A DNA stretch of 64,000 bases. It comes from Eledone cirrhosa (lineage: Eukaryota). Positions 40,701 through 53,459 of the stretch are shown piece by piece (positions within the stretch are counted from its first letter, which is position 1; each line of letters starts with the position of its first letter). A program made the translations under genes and the position numbers. The notes under the pieces were generated by a model that saw only the letters and a list, made by a program, of their open reading frames with translations, was not told the DNA's origin and made no database searches. Location of the stretch: contig OZ024761.1 of NCBI GenBank assembly GCA_964016885.1, positions 20,646,001-20,710,000 of the forward strand. Direction: 5' to 3'.

Positions 40701-41160
40701 AGAGACGTTTTAGTCATTTATGGTGCCGTTACAGCCCTTTTAGTGTCATTGTATCAATTATAGGGTCCGTTATAGCCCTTATAGAGTCATTTTAGCCATT
40801 TTAGAGTGGTTTTACTCATTTAAGGAGTGTTTTAGCCATTTTAGAGGGATTTTAGACATTTGAGAGTCGTTTTACTAATTTTAAGGAGTGTTTTAGCCAT
40901 TTTAGAGACGTTTTAGTCATTTATGGTGCCGTTGCAGCACTTTTAGTGTCATTTTATCAATTATAGAATACGTTATAAACTTTATAGAGTCATTTTAGCC
41001 ATTTTAGCGTCATTTTAGCCATTTTAGTGTGATTTTACTCATTTAAGGAGTGTTTTAGCAATTTTAGAGGGATTTTAGACGTATGAGAGTCGTTTAACTA
41101 ATTTAAGGAGTGTTTTAGCCATTTTAGAGACGTTTTAGTCATTTATGGTGCCGTTACAGC
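28775..41160 (+). repeat. Satellite array, about 202/222-bp monomer built from 10/20-bp subunits
   Basis: Marker TATGGTGCCGTTACAGCCC spaced mostly 202-223 bp; subunits TTTTAGCCAT / TTTAGAGTCA; left about 1 kb degenerate. Confidence 0.97.
32997..33196. other. Assembly gap (200 N) inside the satellite
   Basis: Run of N. Confidence 1.
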
Positions 41161-43510
41161 TAAAATGACGCTAAAATGACTCTATCAGGGCTATAACGGA
41201 CTCTAAGATTGATAAAATGACACTAAAAGGGCTGTAAGGGCAGCTGAAATGACTAAAATGACTCTAAATTGAATGAAACGACTCTAAAATAGTAAAAACA
41301 CTCCTTAAATGAGTAAAACCATTCTAAAATGACTAAAACGGCTCTAAAATGGCGAAAACACATCTTAAATGACTAAAATGACTCTATAATAGCTAAAACG
41401 GTGTCTAAAATTGATAAAATGACACTAAAGGGACTGTAACGGCACCATAAATGACTAAGATGACTCTGAAATGATTAAAACGACTCTAAAATGACACAAA
41501 TGACACCTAAAATGACTAAAATGACTCTAAATTGACTAAAACGACTCTCAAATGTCTAAAATCTCTCTAAAATGGCTAAAACACTCCTTAAATGAGTAAA
41601 ACGACTCTCAAATGTCTAAAGAAAAAACCTCTTAAATGGATAAAACAGTCCTTAAATGAGTAAAACGACTCTACAATGGCTAAAATGACTCTAAAGTGGT
41701 TGAAACGGCTCCTTAAAAGACTTAAACGACTCAAAAATAGCTAAAACAACACTTTAAATTACTCAAAAGCTGCTAAAACGACACCATGAATGACTAAAAT
41801 TACATTAAAATGGCTAAAATGAGAGATTAAATGACTAAAACGACTCTGAAATGATTAAAACGACTCTAAAATGGCACAAATTACACCTTAAATGACTAAA
41901 GTGACTCTAAATTGACTAAAACGACTCTCAAATGTCTAAAAAAAAAAAACTCTTAAATGGATAAAACACTCCTTAAATGAGTACAACGACTCTACAATGG
42001 CTAAAATGACTCTAAAATGGCTAAAACGGCTCCTTAAAAGACGTGAACGATTCAAAAATAGCTGAAACAACACTTTAAATTACTAAAATGACTCTATAGC
42101 TGCTTAAACGGCACCATGAATGACTAAAATTACATTAAAATGGCTAAAACGAGATATTAAATGACTAAAATGACTCTGAAATGATTAAAACGACTCTAAA
42201 ATGGCCCAAATGACACCTTAAATGACTAAAATGACACTAAATTGACTAAAACGTCGCTCAAATGGCTAAAACACTCCTTAAATTAGTAAAATGACTCTAA
42301 AATATCTAAAATCCCTCTAAAATGGCTAAAACACTCCTTAAATGAGTAAAACTACTCTAAAATGTCTAAAACCCCTCTAAAATGGCTAAAACACTCCTTA
42401 AATGAGTAAAACGACTCTACAATGGCTAAAATGATTCTAAAATGGCTAAAACGGCCCCTTAAAAGACTGAAACGACTCAAAAATAGCTAAAACAATACTT
42501 TAAATGACTAAAATGAATCTATAGCTGCTAAAATGGCATCATAAATTACTAAAATTACATTAAAATGGCTAAAACAAGAGATTAAATGACTAAAATGACT
42601 CTGAAATGATTAAAACGACACTAAAATTGCCCAAATGACACCTTAAATGACTAAAATGACTCTAAATTGACTAAAACGACTCTAAAATGGCTAAAACACT
42701 CCTTAAATGAGTAAAACCACTCTAAAATGGCTAAAATGACTAAAACTACTGCAAGAGGGCTAAATCGACAAAAAAAATGACTAAAACGACTCTAAAATGG
42801 CTTAAACACACCTTCAATGACTAAAATGACTATATAATGGCTAAAACACTCCTTAAATGACTAAAATGACTCTGAAATGATTTAAACGACTCTAAAATGG
42901 CCCAAATGACACCTTAAATGAGTAAAACGACTCTAAAATGATCCAAATGACACCTTAAATTACTAAGATGACTCTAAATTGACTAAAACGACTCTAAAAT
43001 GGCTAAAACACTCCTTAAATGAGTAAAACCACTCTAAAATGGCTAAATCCACACAAAAATGACTAAAACGACTCTAAAATGGATAAAATGACAACTAAAT
43101 GGCTAAAATGACTCTATAACTGCTTAAATGGCAACATGAATGACTGAAACGACTCTAAAATGGCTGAAACGGCACCATAAATGACTAACATGACTCTGAA
43201 ATGACTAAAACGACTCTAAAATGGCTAAAATGGCTCCCTAAATGACTAAAACGACTGTAAAATGCTTAAATCGAAACAAAAATGGCAAAAACAAGAGCTT
43301 AAATGACTAAAATTACTCTATATTTGCTAAAACGACTCTAAAATGACTAAAACGATTGTAAAATCGACTCTAAAGTGTCTAAAACGGCTCTTTAAATGAC
43401 TAAAACAACTGTAAAAGTGCTAAATCAACACAAAAATGACTATATCGACTCTAAAATGGCTAAAATTACATCTTAAATGACTAAAATGACTCTATAATGG
43501 CTAAATCAAC
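41161..43510 (-). repeat. Inverted, more diverged block of the same satellite
   Basis: Switch at TTACAGC|TAAAATGAC; units read CTAAAATGGCTAAAA. Confidence 0.95.
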
Positions 43511-43511
43511 T

Positions 43512-43885
43512 CGTCAATTTAGCAATTTAAGAGTCCGTTTAACTATTTTAGTGTCATTTTAGTCATTCATGTTGCCAGTTCAGCCAATATAGTCATTTTA
43601 GCTATTTTAGAGTCGTTTTAGAGTCGTTTGTGTCGATTTAACCCTTTTACAATCGTTTTAGTCATTTTAGAGTCGTTTTAGCCATTTTAGAGTCGAATTA
43701 GTCATTTAAGCTCTCGTTTTAGCCACTTTTGTTTCGATTTAGCCATTTTACGGTCGTTTTAGTTATTTAAGGAGTCATTTTAGTCATTTCAGTCATTTCA
43801 GTCTCATTTTAGTCATTTATGGAGCTGTTTTAGCCATTTCAGCATAATTTTAGCCATTTGAGAGTGGTTTTACTCATTTAAGGAT
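43512..43885 (+). repeat. Short re-inverted degenerate satellite block
   Basis: Returns to TTTTAGTCAT orientation. Confidence 0.85.
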
Positions 43886-43889
43886 ATAA

Positions 43890-45800
43890 TCTACTAATGC
43901 CCTTCTAATTAATGAGTTTTAGACCTGTAGAAGCCATTTCTGTATTAAATATTGCATATACTCTACTATTTCCTTTGAATTAATGAGTTCTAGCCCTGTG
44001 GATGATATTTCTGTATAAATTATTACATATATACTTCTTTTTCTTCCAAATATATTACTTTGGAATCTACTTCTGTATTAAATATGGCATATATTAGTTT
44101 TAGTCCCGTAGAAGCCATTTCTGTATTAAATATTGCATATACCGTACAATTAATGAGATTTACTCCTTTAAAAATATTGCATATAGACTACTGTTTTCTT
44201 CGAATTGAGTAGTTTTAATACTTTAGAAGCCATTTCTGTATTAAATATTGCATATACTCTACTATTTCCTTCGATTTAATGAGTTTTAACCCTGTGGATG
44301 CTATTTCTGTATTAAGTATTACATATATACTACTATTTCCTCAAAATATATTAGGTTTAGTCCTTTAGAAGTATTTAATATGGCATATATACTACTATTT
44401 CCTCCAAGTATATTAGTTTTAGTCCATTAGAAGCCATTTCTGTATTAAATATTGCATATAGTCTACTATTTTCTTCGAATTGAGGAGTTCCAGTACTTTA
44501 AAAGCCATTTCTGTATTAAATATGGCATATACTGTACAATTTCTTTCGAATTGAAGATGTCTAGTGCTCCAGAAGCCATTTAGCCATTTAGTTTTACTCC
44601 TTTAGAAGCGATTTCTTTGCATATACTCTACTATTTCCTTTGAATTGAAGAGTTCTGTCTTTTAGAAGCCATTTCTGTAATATATATAGCATATAATCTA
44701 CTAATGCCTTTCAAATTAATGATTTTCAGCCATGTAGAAGCCATTTCTGTATTAAATATTGAACATACACTACTATTTCCTCCAAATATATTAGTTTTTG
44801 AAGGAAATTGTAGAGTATAAACAATATTTAATATAGAAATGGCTGGTATAGGTCTAAAACTGTTTCATTTCAAGTAAATATTAGAGTATATAGAATATTT
44901 CATGTATAAATGGCTCCTATATATCTAAAACTGTTTTTTGCAAAGGAAATAAGGGAATATATACAATATTTCATATAGAAATGGCTTCTACGGGTTTGAA
45001 ACTGTTTCATTCGAAGGAAATAGTAGAGTATATATAATATTTCATATAGAAATGGCTTCTACAGGTCTGAAACTGTTTCATTCGAAGGAAATAGTAGAGT
45101 ATATATAATATTTCATATAGAAATGGCTTCTACAGGTCTGAAACTGTTTCATTCAAAGGAAATAGTAGAGTATATATAATATTTTATATAGAAATGGCTT
45201 CTACAGGTCTGAAACTGTTTCATTCGAAGGAAATAGTAGAATATATATAATATTTTATATAGAAATGGCTTCTACAGGTCTGAAACTGACTTATTCGAGG
45301 GAAATAGTAGAGTATATACAATATTTTATATAGAAATGGCTGGTATAGGTCTAAAACTGTTTCATTTCAAGTAAATATTAGAGTATATACAATATTTTAT
45401 ATAGAAATGGCTGTTACAGGTCTAAAACTATTTCTTTCAAAGGAAATAGTAGAGTATATACAATCTTTCATGTAAAAATGGCTTCTACAGGACTAAAATT
45501 GTCTCATTCAAAGGAAATAGCAGAGTATATACAATATTTAATATAGAAATGGCTCCTACAGGCCTAAAACTGTTTCATTCGAAGGAAATAGTAGAGTATA
45601 TACAATATTTAATATAGAAATGGCATCTAAAGTTCTGAAACTGTCTTATTTGAAGGAAATAGTAGTGTATATACAATATTTAATGTAGAAATTGCTTCTA
45701 CAGGACTAGAATTGTCTCTGTCGAAGGAAATAGTAGAGTATATACAATATTTATTATAGTATTGGCTTTCACATGACAAAAACTCTCTGATTGGAAGGAA
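43890..45800. repeat. 71-bp satellite related to the family-A hammerhead element, with orientation switch near 44797 (about 3 more units at 48180-48412)
   Basis: ACTGTTTCATTCGAAGG at 45001 and 45072; unit shares ATATAGAAATGGCTTCTACAGG...AACTGTTTCATTC with the palindromes at 27875, 50705, 54740. Confidence 0.9.
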
Positions 45801-47219
45801 ATAGTGCAGTTTCTGTTTATTTCCCTCCATAATGTCAGAAATAATTATTTAAACGTTAGTTTTGTTTAACTTCTAATGTAATACAACACTCCTCCCACAA
45901 ATAGTGTATTTTTTTTATTATTTAAGTTGGTAAATAATATATTCCTTCATGATACCCTCCTATTTTGTAATCAGGGGTTAAATAGATATCGCTTTAACCT
46001 ACGTAACATAGAACCATTTACATTCTTAGTTTTAGAAATCTTTTTCCCTCCATAATGTCAGCAATAATTATTCAGACGATAGTTTTGTTTAGCTACTGCC
46101 ACACATCCACATGCGTTTGTATTTCTAATGTAATACACCTCCCACATATCAAATAGAATTTAGCGTATTTTCTTTATTATTTAAATAATATATTCCTAGT
46201 TCCCTTCATGATATGCTCGTGTTTTGTTGTAAATTCGTTTTGGAAAACTTGCTAGTGTCACACATGATGTTGGTTGCTATATTCTGGTTATTAATATTAA
46301 CCAGAATCTTTTGAGATCTGTCGTGTTTGGTCAGGGTGAATATTACACCCGTCTCGTTTTGAATTATTTACATTCTTAGTTTCTTCTTCCAAAACTTCAT
46401 TTACTTTCTTTGTTCCTTTGTGACACTTTATCTACATTCTTCGTCACATACAGTCTTAGTTTATTTATTTAGTGTTACCTTCCTTGATGTAGGAAAAGGT
46501 TTTCTTGTTTCCTCTAATAAAAGACAAAATTGGAAGAATTTTATAAAGATTAATGTTCTTTTTATTGATAACATATGTAAATGACTTTCATTTCTTTTTA
46601 CAGATGTCCAGCCTTCAACTTCATATGCTGTGTAGTTTGCTGTTACAAGTGGGAATGGCGTAGTTTCTGTTAATAAAAAAGGTTACATATTATATACGAA
46701 TTGTGTTCAATTTATTTTGACAAAAATGAATAAAGAAATCAAGAGTCTACAAGTAATTGAGTAAGACGTACTAAAAAGAACGTAAGTTTCTAAATAAACT
46801 AAGAATTTAAATTAAGTTTCTATTGAAAGAAACTAATAATGTATGTGAAGTGTCTAAAGAAAGAAATCTATATGAAATGTGTTTTTGAGAAATCTATATG
46901 AAAATTGTGTTTTCAAAATAAAAATAAATTCTTAAAATCAAGGGAGGTAATATCCAAGGGGAGATAATTCCCACTTTTTTTTAGCAAATGGTCTGCGAAT
47001 TAACTTCTATGTGCCGGCCCAGACAGTCCCAAGCCCACTTAGCAATCGCACGCCATCAGTCACATAGATTGGGAGTCCGAGACGCAGCTCGGCGCCACCT
47101 CGGAGGCCGCAATTCTGAGTAGAATACTCATATTTATGGGTACTTTTCACAGCTTTTGTTTAAAAATAAAAAACTAAACGAAGGTAGGTAATTCGGAGTA
47201 AATATAATTAATTATTTCT

Positions 47220-47350
47220 ACTTTTGGCACAAAGCCAGCAATTATCTCCATACCTGATATTTTATTTTATCGACCCCGTAAGGATAAAAAGCAAAGTTAA
47301 TCTCGGTGAGATTTGAACTCAGACCATAAAGGGCCGTAACTCTTTGCTGA
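47220..47350 (-). mobile_element. Family-1 SINE, partial
   Basis: CGACCCCGTAAGGAT...GATTTGAACTCAG (reverse complement of core). Confidence 0.8.
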
Positions 47351-49130
47351 GCGCATTGGTGGTATTATGACGATCTCTGAATTAGTTTTTTTCTTTAAAT
47401 TATGAAATTATATTTATTAAAAACATCGTCTTGAGACCAACGCTCTAACAATTTTCTGTATTCCGAAGGAATTACCTTCATTCATTTCGTTTATATATAT
47501 TTTTTCAATGGACATCACTTACCTCCGTATAGACGACAGTCCAACTATAATTATTGACCTGATTCTTTCACCCTCTGACCAGTTGGCCATGGGATGTATA
47601 CACTATAAAACTGCTTCTTTCGCCATAGATATTATGTGGAGTATGATTCTTTCACCCTCAAAGCTTGTACAGACCAGGGTTTAGCTGGCTGTACAGGATA
47701 CTACAAGAAGTATGTCCTTAAACTGTTTCTTTCGCACTCTAACGAGGCACTGACTATAGTTTAGCTGGTTGTACAGGATCCTACCAAATATTCCTTTGTC
47801 CTGTCTGTACATTCATCAAAGGATACATAACTGATGGACAACTATAAGTGCACTCCCTAACAGCACACATATATAAGCAAGACGACCCATGCAAGCGTGG
47901 GAGATACTATGGGACATTGACCAGGGTTTTAGGTGGCCGTAGGAGATGCTTTGTGAAGTATATGCCCTAAAATTGCTTCTTTCACCCTCTAAGCTTATGG
48001 TGACCAGGGCTTAGTTGGCTGTAGGAGATCCTACACAAAACTATAATTATTATACACCCTAAACAAAACTATAATTATTTCTGACAATATAGAGGGTGGA
48101 CTTTGCATTGTGTTCTTGAGCAAGACACTTTATTTCACGTTGCAGCCGTAGAAATTAGTTGTCTGCCGCCAATGATAAAATTATAGAAATGGCTTCTACA
48201 GGATTAGAACTGCATCATTCAAAAGTTAATACTAGATTAATACAATATTTAATAAAGAAATGGCTTCTACTGGCCTACAACTGTCTCATTTGAGTGGATT
48301 AGTAGAGTATATACAATATTTAATATAGAAATGGCTTCTAAAGATCTAAAACTGCCTTATTTGAAGGAAATAGTAGTGTATATACAATATTTAATATAGA
48401 AATGGCTTCTATCAGTAGATAGGAAAAGAGTATTACCCACTCTACTACCCTAAGTATCGAGTACTCTGGTGCATTATGGTCCATCTGGTTCCTCACCACA
48501 GTTTCTTTGTTGTATATGTAGATAGATAGATACATATTTATATAAGATGAAAGGAGAAAGAAGACAGTTTCATATTCTTGTTTATAAATAATTTATTTTT
48601 TTTGCTTTCTTTTCTTTGATTTCACAGGCATTTATAACGAGGGTGGAGATCAATGGGTAAAAATTGTACAGAATCAATCAATAAATATCACTATTTTGTT
48701 TTAAAATATATAACAACAAAGAAATTCAATAGTGTGTGATAAATACATATATATAACCCAGTATATATATATATATATACCTATAACCATGTGTATATAT
48801 ATATATATAACCCACTATATATAGGGGAAAAGAAAATATGGAGAAAAAATTTAACAGGGTTTTTGTTGAAAATCTTATTAACCATATCTGATTTATAAAC
48901 CATCATAAACCCCAGACTTTATAAATAAACATACATACATACATACATATATATATCTGTACGGATTGCATTGTTATTTCTGTTTACCTTTTACATACAT
49001 ACATATATACATATATATATACACACAATCTTAAATCTGTGAACATACAACTTTTCAAACCCTAACAACTGGCCCTGGAAAATGGAGAACAGTTTGCTGT
49101 GAAGGGATTATATATATATATATATATATA

Positions 49131-49295
49131 TAGTAATAATAATAAATATGAAGACTAAATTCGAAGAGGGCTCAATAAGGATAACATATATCTAAATATA
49201 TATAAAAACCGTAGAGCAAATAGAGTTTCAGAAGATCCCGTTAAGGGTGAAAGCAGTGATTCTTTGCTTAAACTTTAATCTGTTATTTTAATAAA
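49131..49295 (+). mobile_element. Non-folded copy of the 4088-4318 family, HHR-like variant core, in (TA)n
   Basis: CAGAAGA(49229-49235)-T-CCC/gttaa/GGG-T-GAAA; colinear with 4088-4183 plus 4254-4318. Confidence 0.75.
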
Positions 49296-49383
49296 TATAT
49301 ATATATTGACCCACACTACCTTCTCAAGCTTCACACCTCAATATATATATGTGTATGTGTGTATATGTATATATATATATAAA

Positions 49384-49507
49384 CAGGGTGGACCAAAAGT
49401 CGCAATACATAGGAAAAATATTTAGATTTTTAAGTTTCCATATTTAATATTAAATTGTTTCTTATAAAAACAATTGTCTTATGTATCGCAACTTTTGGTC
49501 CACACTG
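49384..49507. mobile_element. Tc1/mariner-type MITE
   Basis: TIRs CAGGGTGGACCAAAAGTCGCAATACATA / TATGTATCGCAACTTTTGGTCCACACTG, TA at right end. Confidence 0.75.
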
Positions 49508-49699
49508 TATGTGTGTGTATATATATACATACATGTGTGTGTGTATATATATATGTATACATACACTTCTCTTTGAAAATATTAAGAAAACAACATACAC
49601 CTTAGCAAGAGTTTCAAGGTAAAATTTCATCAAGACCCAAACCCAATAGAATTCATTATCAAAATTATTATTACTATCATAATTATTTTAAATCGACAT

Positions 49700-49780
49700 T
49701 TGAACATTATTCTATGTACTATACATGCACCTTTGATGAGTTGTAGTGCACCTGAGCACTGTACACAATAATTTTCATTA
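49700..49780 (+). mobile_element. Short 3' end of the same CR1-like LINE
   Basis: TATGTACTATACATGCACCTTTGATGAGTTGTAGTGCACCTGAGCACTGTACACAATAATTTTC. Confidence 0.75.
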
Positions 49781-49929
49781 AAATCAAACCATATAGAAAG
49801 TCTAGGTAAATACAAACACCACAGACTGTAAATAGTAAAAGTTGGAAAATCACAAATTATAATTTATAGCAGACCAGAATGTTACTGATTCAAACTTACT
49901 GATGTATCTCATCTTCTTAAGTCTGTCTC

Positions 49930-50205
49930 AAGCCTTGCAACTCATAAGGCTGCTTCTCCTGGTTTCTGTGATGTGAAGTGACTGAGAGTACAAGACAACC
50001 CACTCTCCCTGGACAGGACACCAGTCCATCGCAGGGTTAAACTCCCAGCTATTGCTGCTGGTACTCATTTTCAGCTGAGTATACTGGAGCAATGTGAAAT
50101 GAAGTGTTTTGCTCAAGAACACAACACAAAACCTAGTCCAGGAATCAAACCCACGGCATGATGATCGTAAGTCCAACACCCTTACCACTAGGCCACATAC
50201 CTCCT
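49930..50205 (-). mobile_element. tRNA-derived SINE family 2 (also about 55185-55325 and 58400-58630 on -, fragment 48095-48145 on +)
   Basis: TGGCCTAGTGG A-box, GGTTTGATTCC B-box, GTGTTCTTGAGCAAAACACTT core. Confidence 0.8.
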
Positions 50206-50357
50206 CGGGTATTTTATACTGTATAATAAATATTTTGAAGGAAAAAATAAATAACAAAACATTGTTACAACATCAATATTAAGAAATATATGTTTTGTAT
50301 TGTTGTTACAACAATAAATTACATCATTTACTGGTCATATATATACATATACATGTG

Positions 50358-50413
<56 letters not shown>

Positions 50414-50644
50414 CACATTTACACTAATCTAAGTAAGGAGTTCTACCGACCGGAAGAGAGAAACCTTGATGGAACCAGTAAATGAAATTTTAGTTTGAGA
50501 CTGGTTAAAGAAAATTGTATTATTACAAATTTATATTGCACTTTTCCGAGCCTGTATTAAATATATAAATAAATATATAGAAACACATATATAAATAAAT
50601 AAACACATATATATATATATACATGTGTGTGTGTGTGTGTGTGA

Positions 50645-50850
50645 GTCCCGGGTTCAATCGGGGGTAACCACAGTTAGTAAGGTACTCAATACATTAGTAG
50701 AGTGTATACAACAAAATTTAATATAGAAATGGCTTCTACAGGACTAGAACTGTTTCATTCAAATGAAATCATCTCATTTCTAATGATTACCTTTGAATGA
50801 AACAGTTCTAATCCTGTAGAAGCCATTTCTATATTAAATTTTGTTGTATA
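50645..50850. mobile_element. Family-A fold-back element (palindrome 50705-50850) between (GT)n and (TA)n
   Basis: CTAATGA(50780-50786)...GAAAC-AGTT-CTA(50799-50810); inverted copy of 54740-54985. Confidence 0.85.
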
Positions 50851-51099
50851 TATATATAATAAATATTGAGGAATAAATTACATTACACAATAGGAAAAAT
50901 TAATACCCAGGTAAATATCACCATCATCATCATTTAATGTCTATTTTCCACACTTACATGAGTTAACTGACCGTCACATACTAAAGCTGGACAAGTTAGG
51001 TGACCCAGTCTTGCTCATACAAATCTGTACTTGGTTTGGTTTTCTACAACTGGCCTACCCTTCCTCATGCCAACCAATTGACATTGATCATGTCCTGGG

Positions 51100-51350
51100 G
51101 GTGTGTTTTATTGTGGCACTACCATTTTACAGGTGGACTGGGTGTTTTTTATTGTGGTACCAGCACTACCACTTTACAGGGTGGACTGGGTGTTTTTATT
51201 GTGGTACCAGCACTATCACTTTATAGGGTGGACTGGGTACTTTTTATTGTGGTACCAGCACTATCACTTTACAGGGTGGACTGGGTGTTTTTTATTGTGG
51301 TACCAGCACTATCACTTTATAGGGTGGACTGGGTGCTTTTTTTGTCGTGG
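51100..51350 (-). repeat. 47/48-bp minisatellite, about 5 copies
   Basis: ATTGTGGTACCAGCACT at 51151, 51198, 51246, 51294. Confidence 0.9.
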
Positions 51351-52642
51351 CAATGACATGACTACCTTACACAGCTTGTTAAATTAGAGAAAGTAAAGTT
51401 ATAACCCCTGTCTTTAAGACATGCAATGTCATACTTCACCAAAACTTTATGGCATAAAGTATAAAGAAGCAAAACGATAGGAATACTTGAGATATCTTCA
51501 AAGATTGGGTTTTTTTAATTAATACATATATTAACCCAGTACACTCTGTAAAGTGGTTGGTGATAGGAAGTGCATCCAGTGATAGAAAACCTGTAAGACA
51601 AACGGTTGAGAGGACTCTTCAGTTGTGTCAAAGACATGACAACCTCCCTAGTGTTGGTTACCTATATGATAAAAGCACCCAGTACACTCTGTAAAGCAAT
51701 TGGTAATAGGAAGAGCATCTAGTCATAGAAAGCTTTCCAAATAAAGTGTTGTGAGGACTCTTCAGTTGTGTCAAAGACATGACAATCTCCCTAGTGTTGG
51801 TGCCACAATAAAATGCAATTGGTAGAGTCAGGAATCATATGTAAGTGAGATGTGGATTCCTGACATATCTGACACACAGTGGAACACAGGAACCTATGTA
51901 AACGAGGTGCAGGTAGCAGACCCACCTGTGAGGAGGTCAGTAGTCCAGCTTGGTCTGTGACATGTCCAACCCTTGCTAGAAGGGAAGACAGATGTTAAAT
52001 AATGATGAATATATTGATGATGAATAAACATCGAAGATTAAATTAAAGTGCTCAACAAATATATATATAGAAGAAGAAATAAGTTATTGGAAATAAATAA
52101 ATAAATACCCACACAAGACAAATTCATATTAACAAGAGAGAGGGACAAAGAACTGATGTACAGCTTGTTAAATTAGGTAAACAGTGTTATGGGCCCCTGC
52201 TGTATGACATACAACCTCATACTTCAATATATATATAGTACACTGTTTAGCTCTACACCTTGCCATTGATGTGAACCTAAACATCGAGAGCTCACCTGGG
52301 TGAACTTACAGTAACTTCCTGTTACACTCCTGGATATAGATATAGATAGATAGATAGATAGAGAGATAGAGAGATAGATAGATAGAGAGATAAAGAGAGA
52401 GATATAGATAGAGAGATAAAGAGAGAGATATAGATAGATAGATAGAGCAATAAAGATAGATAGATAGATAGAAAGATAAAGAGAGATAGAGAGATAGATA
52501 GAGAGATAGAGAGATAGATAGATAGATAAAAAAAAATTAGATCAAAAGAAGGAAAAAGGATCCGTTGAATAAAGTGTGTAGGAGGGGTGAAGGCTGAGTG
52601 AGGAGGAAAGATAAAGAGAGGTAGTAGGAGGGAATAAAGGTC

Positions 52643-53153
52643 TCTGATTTAGGCACATGACCAACGATTTGGGGTCGGGAGTCGATTAAATCAACCCCAG
52701 TGCATTACTGGTACTTTATTTTATCGACCACTTAAGGATGCAAGGCAAAAACTAACCTCTCGCGAGATTTGAACTCAGAACGTAAAGGGCCATAACTATG
52801 CTGCAAAGCATGATGTCCAATACTACCGATACTGCCAATCCAGTGCCCTTAGTAGGGGGGGGGGGGGTAATAAGATATTTCCTGTGACATTAAAGGCCAT
52901 GTTAAAGATTAGCAACAAGAAAGGTTACGTAGGAAAGAGAAGAAAACAAACAAATATATATTGGTTACTTATATAGGCACAAGGTCAGTAATTTGGGGGG
53001 AGAGGCAAGTTGATTAAATCGACCCCCAGTATGTTACTGGTACTTTATTTTATCAACCCCGTAAGGATGAAAGGCAAAGTTAACCTCGGCAGTAACTCTA
53101 TGCTGCAAAGCATGATGTCCAACCCTGTACCGATACTGCCAGTCCAGTGCCCT
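52643..53153 (-). mobile_element. Two family-1 SINE copies (partly a local duplication)
   Basis: CTGGTACTTTATTTTATC...GGATG...GGCAAA; shared downstream TTCCTGTGAC..TAAAGGCCATGTTAAAGA. Confidence 0.8.
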
Positions 53154-53459
53154 TAATAGGGGGTAATAATAAGGTATTTCCTGTGACCTTAAAGGCCATG
53201 TTAAAGAAAGGTTACGTAGGAAAGAGAAGAAAAAAAACAACAAATAATAATAGTAAAAGAAAATAAAGGAAAAAAAACCACATTTACAAAAACCCTGATC
53301 CACCGTCTTCAACCCATTCTTTTCTCTCGCTCTCTCTCAATAGTAAAATAGGCTCTTATTAACGTAGCCTGCATCTTTTATGGCTCCTATTCAATGTGGC
53401 CTATTATGGTTCTTATATGGCTCCTATTAACGTGGCCTATTATGGTTCTTTTATGTTTC

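Noticed and set aside
46989-47120. HDV-like ribozyme or 44-aa ORF in the GC-rich island
   Set aside because: L3/P1.1 pattern absent; ORF has no recognisable features
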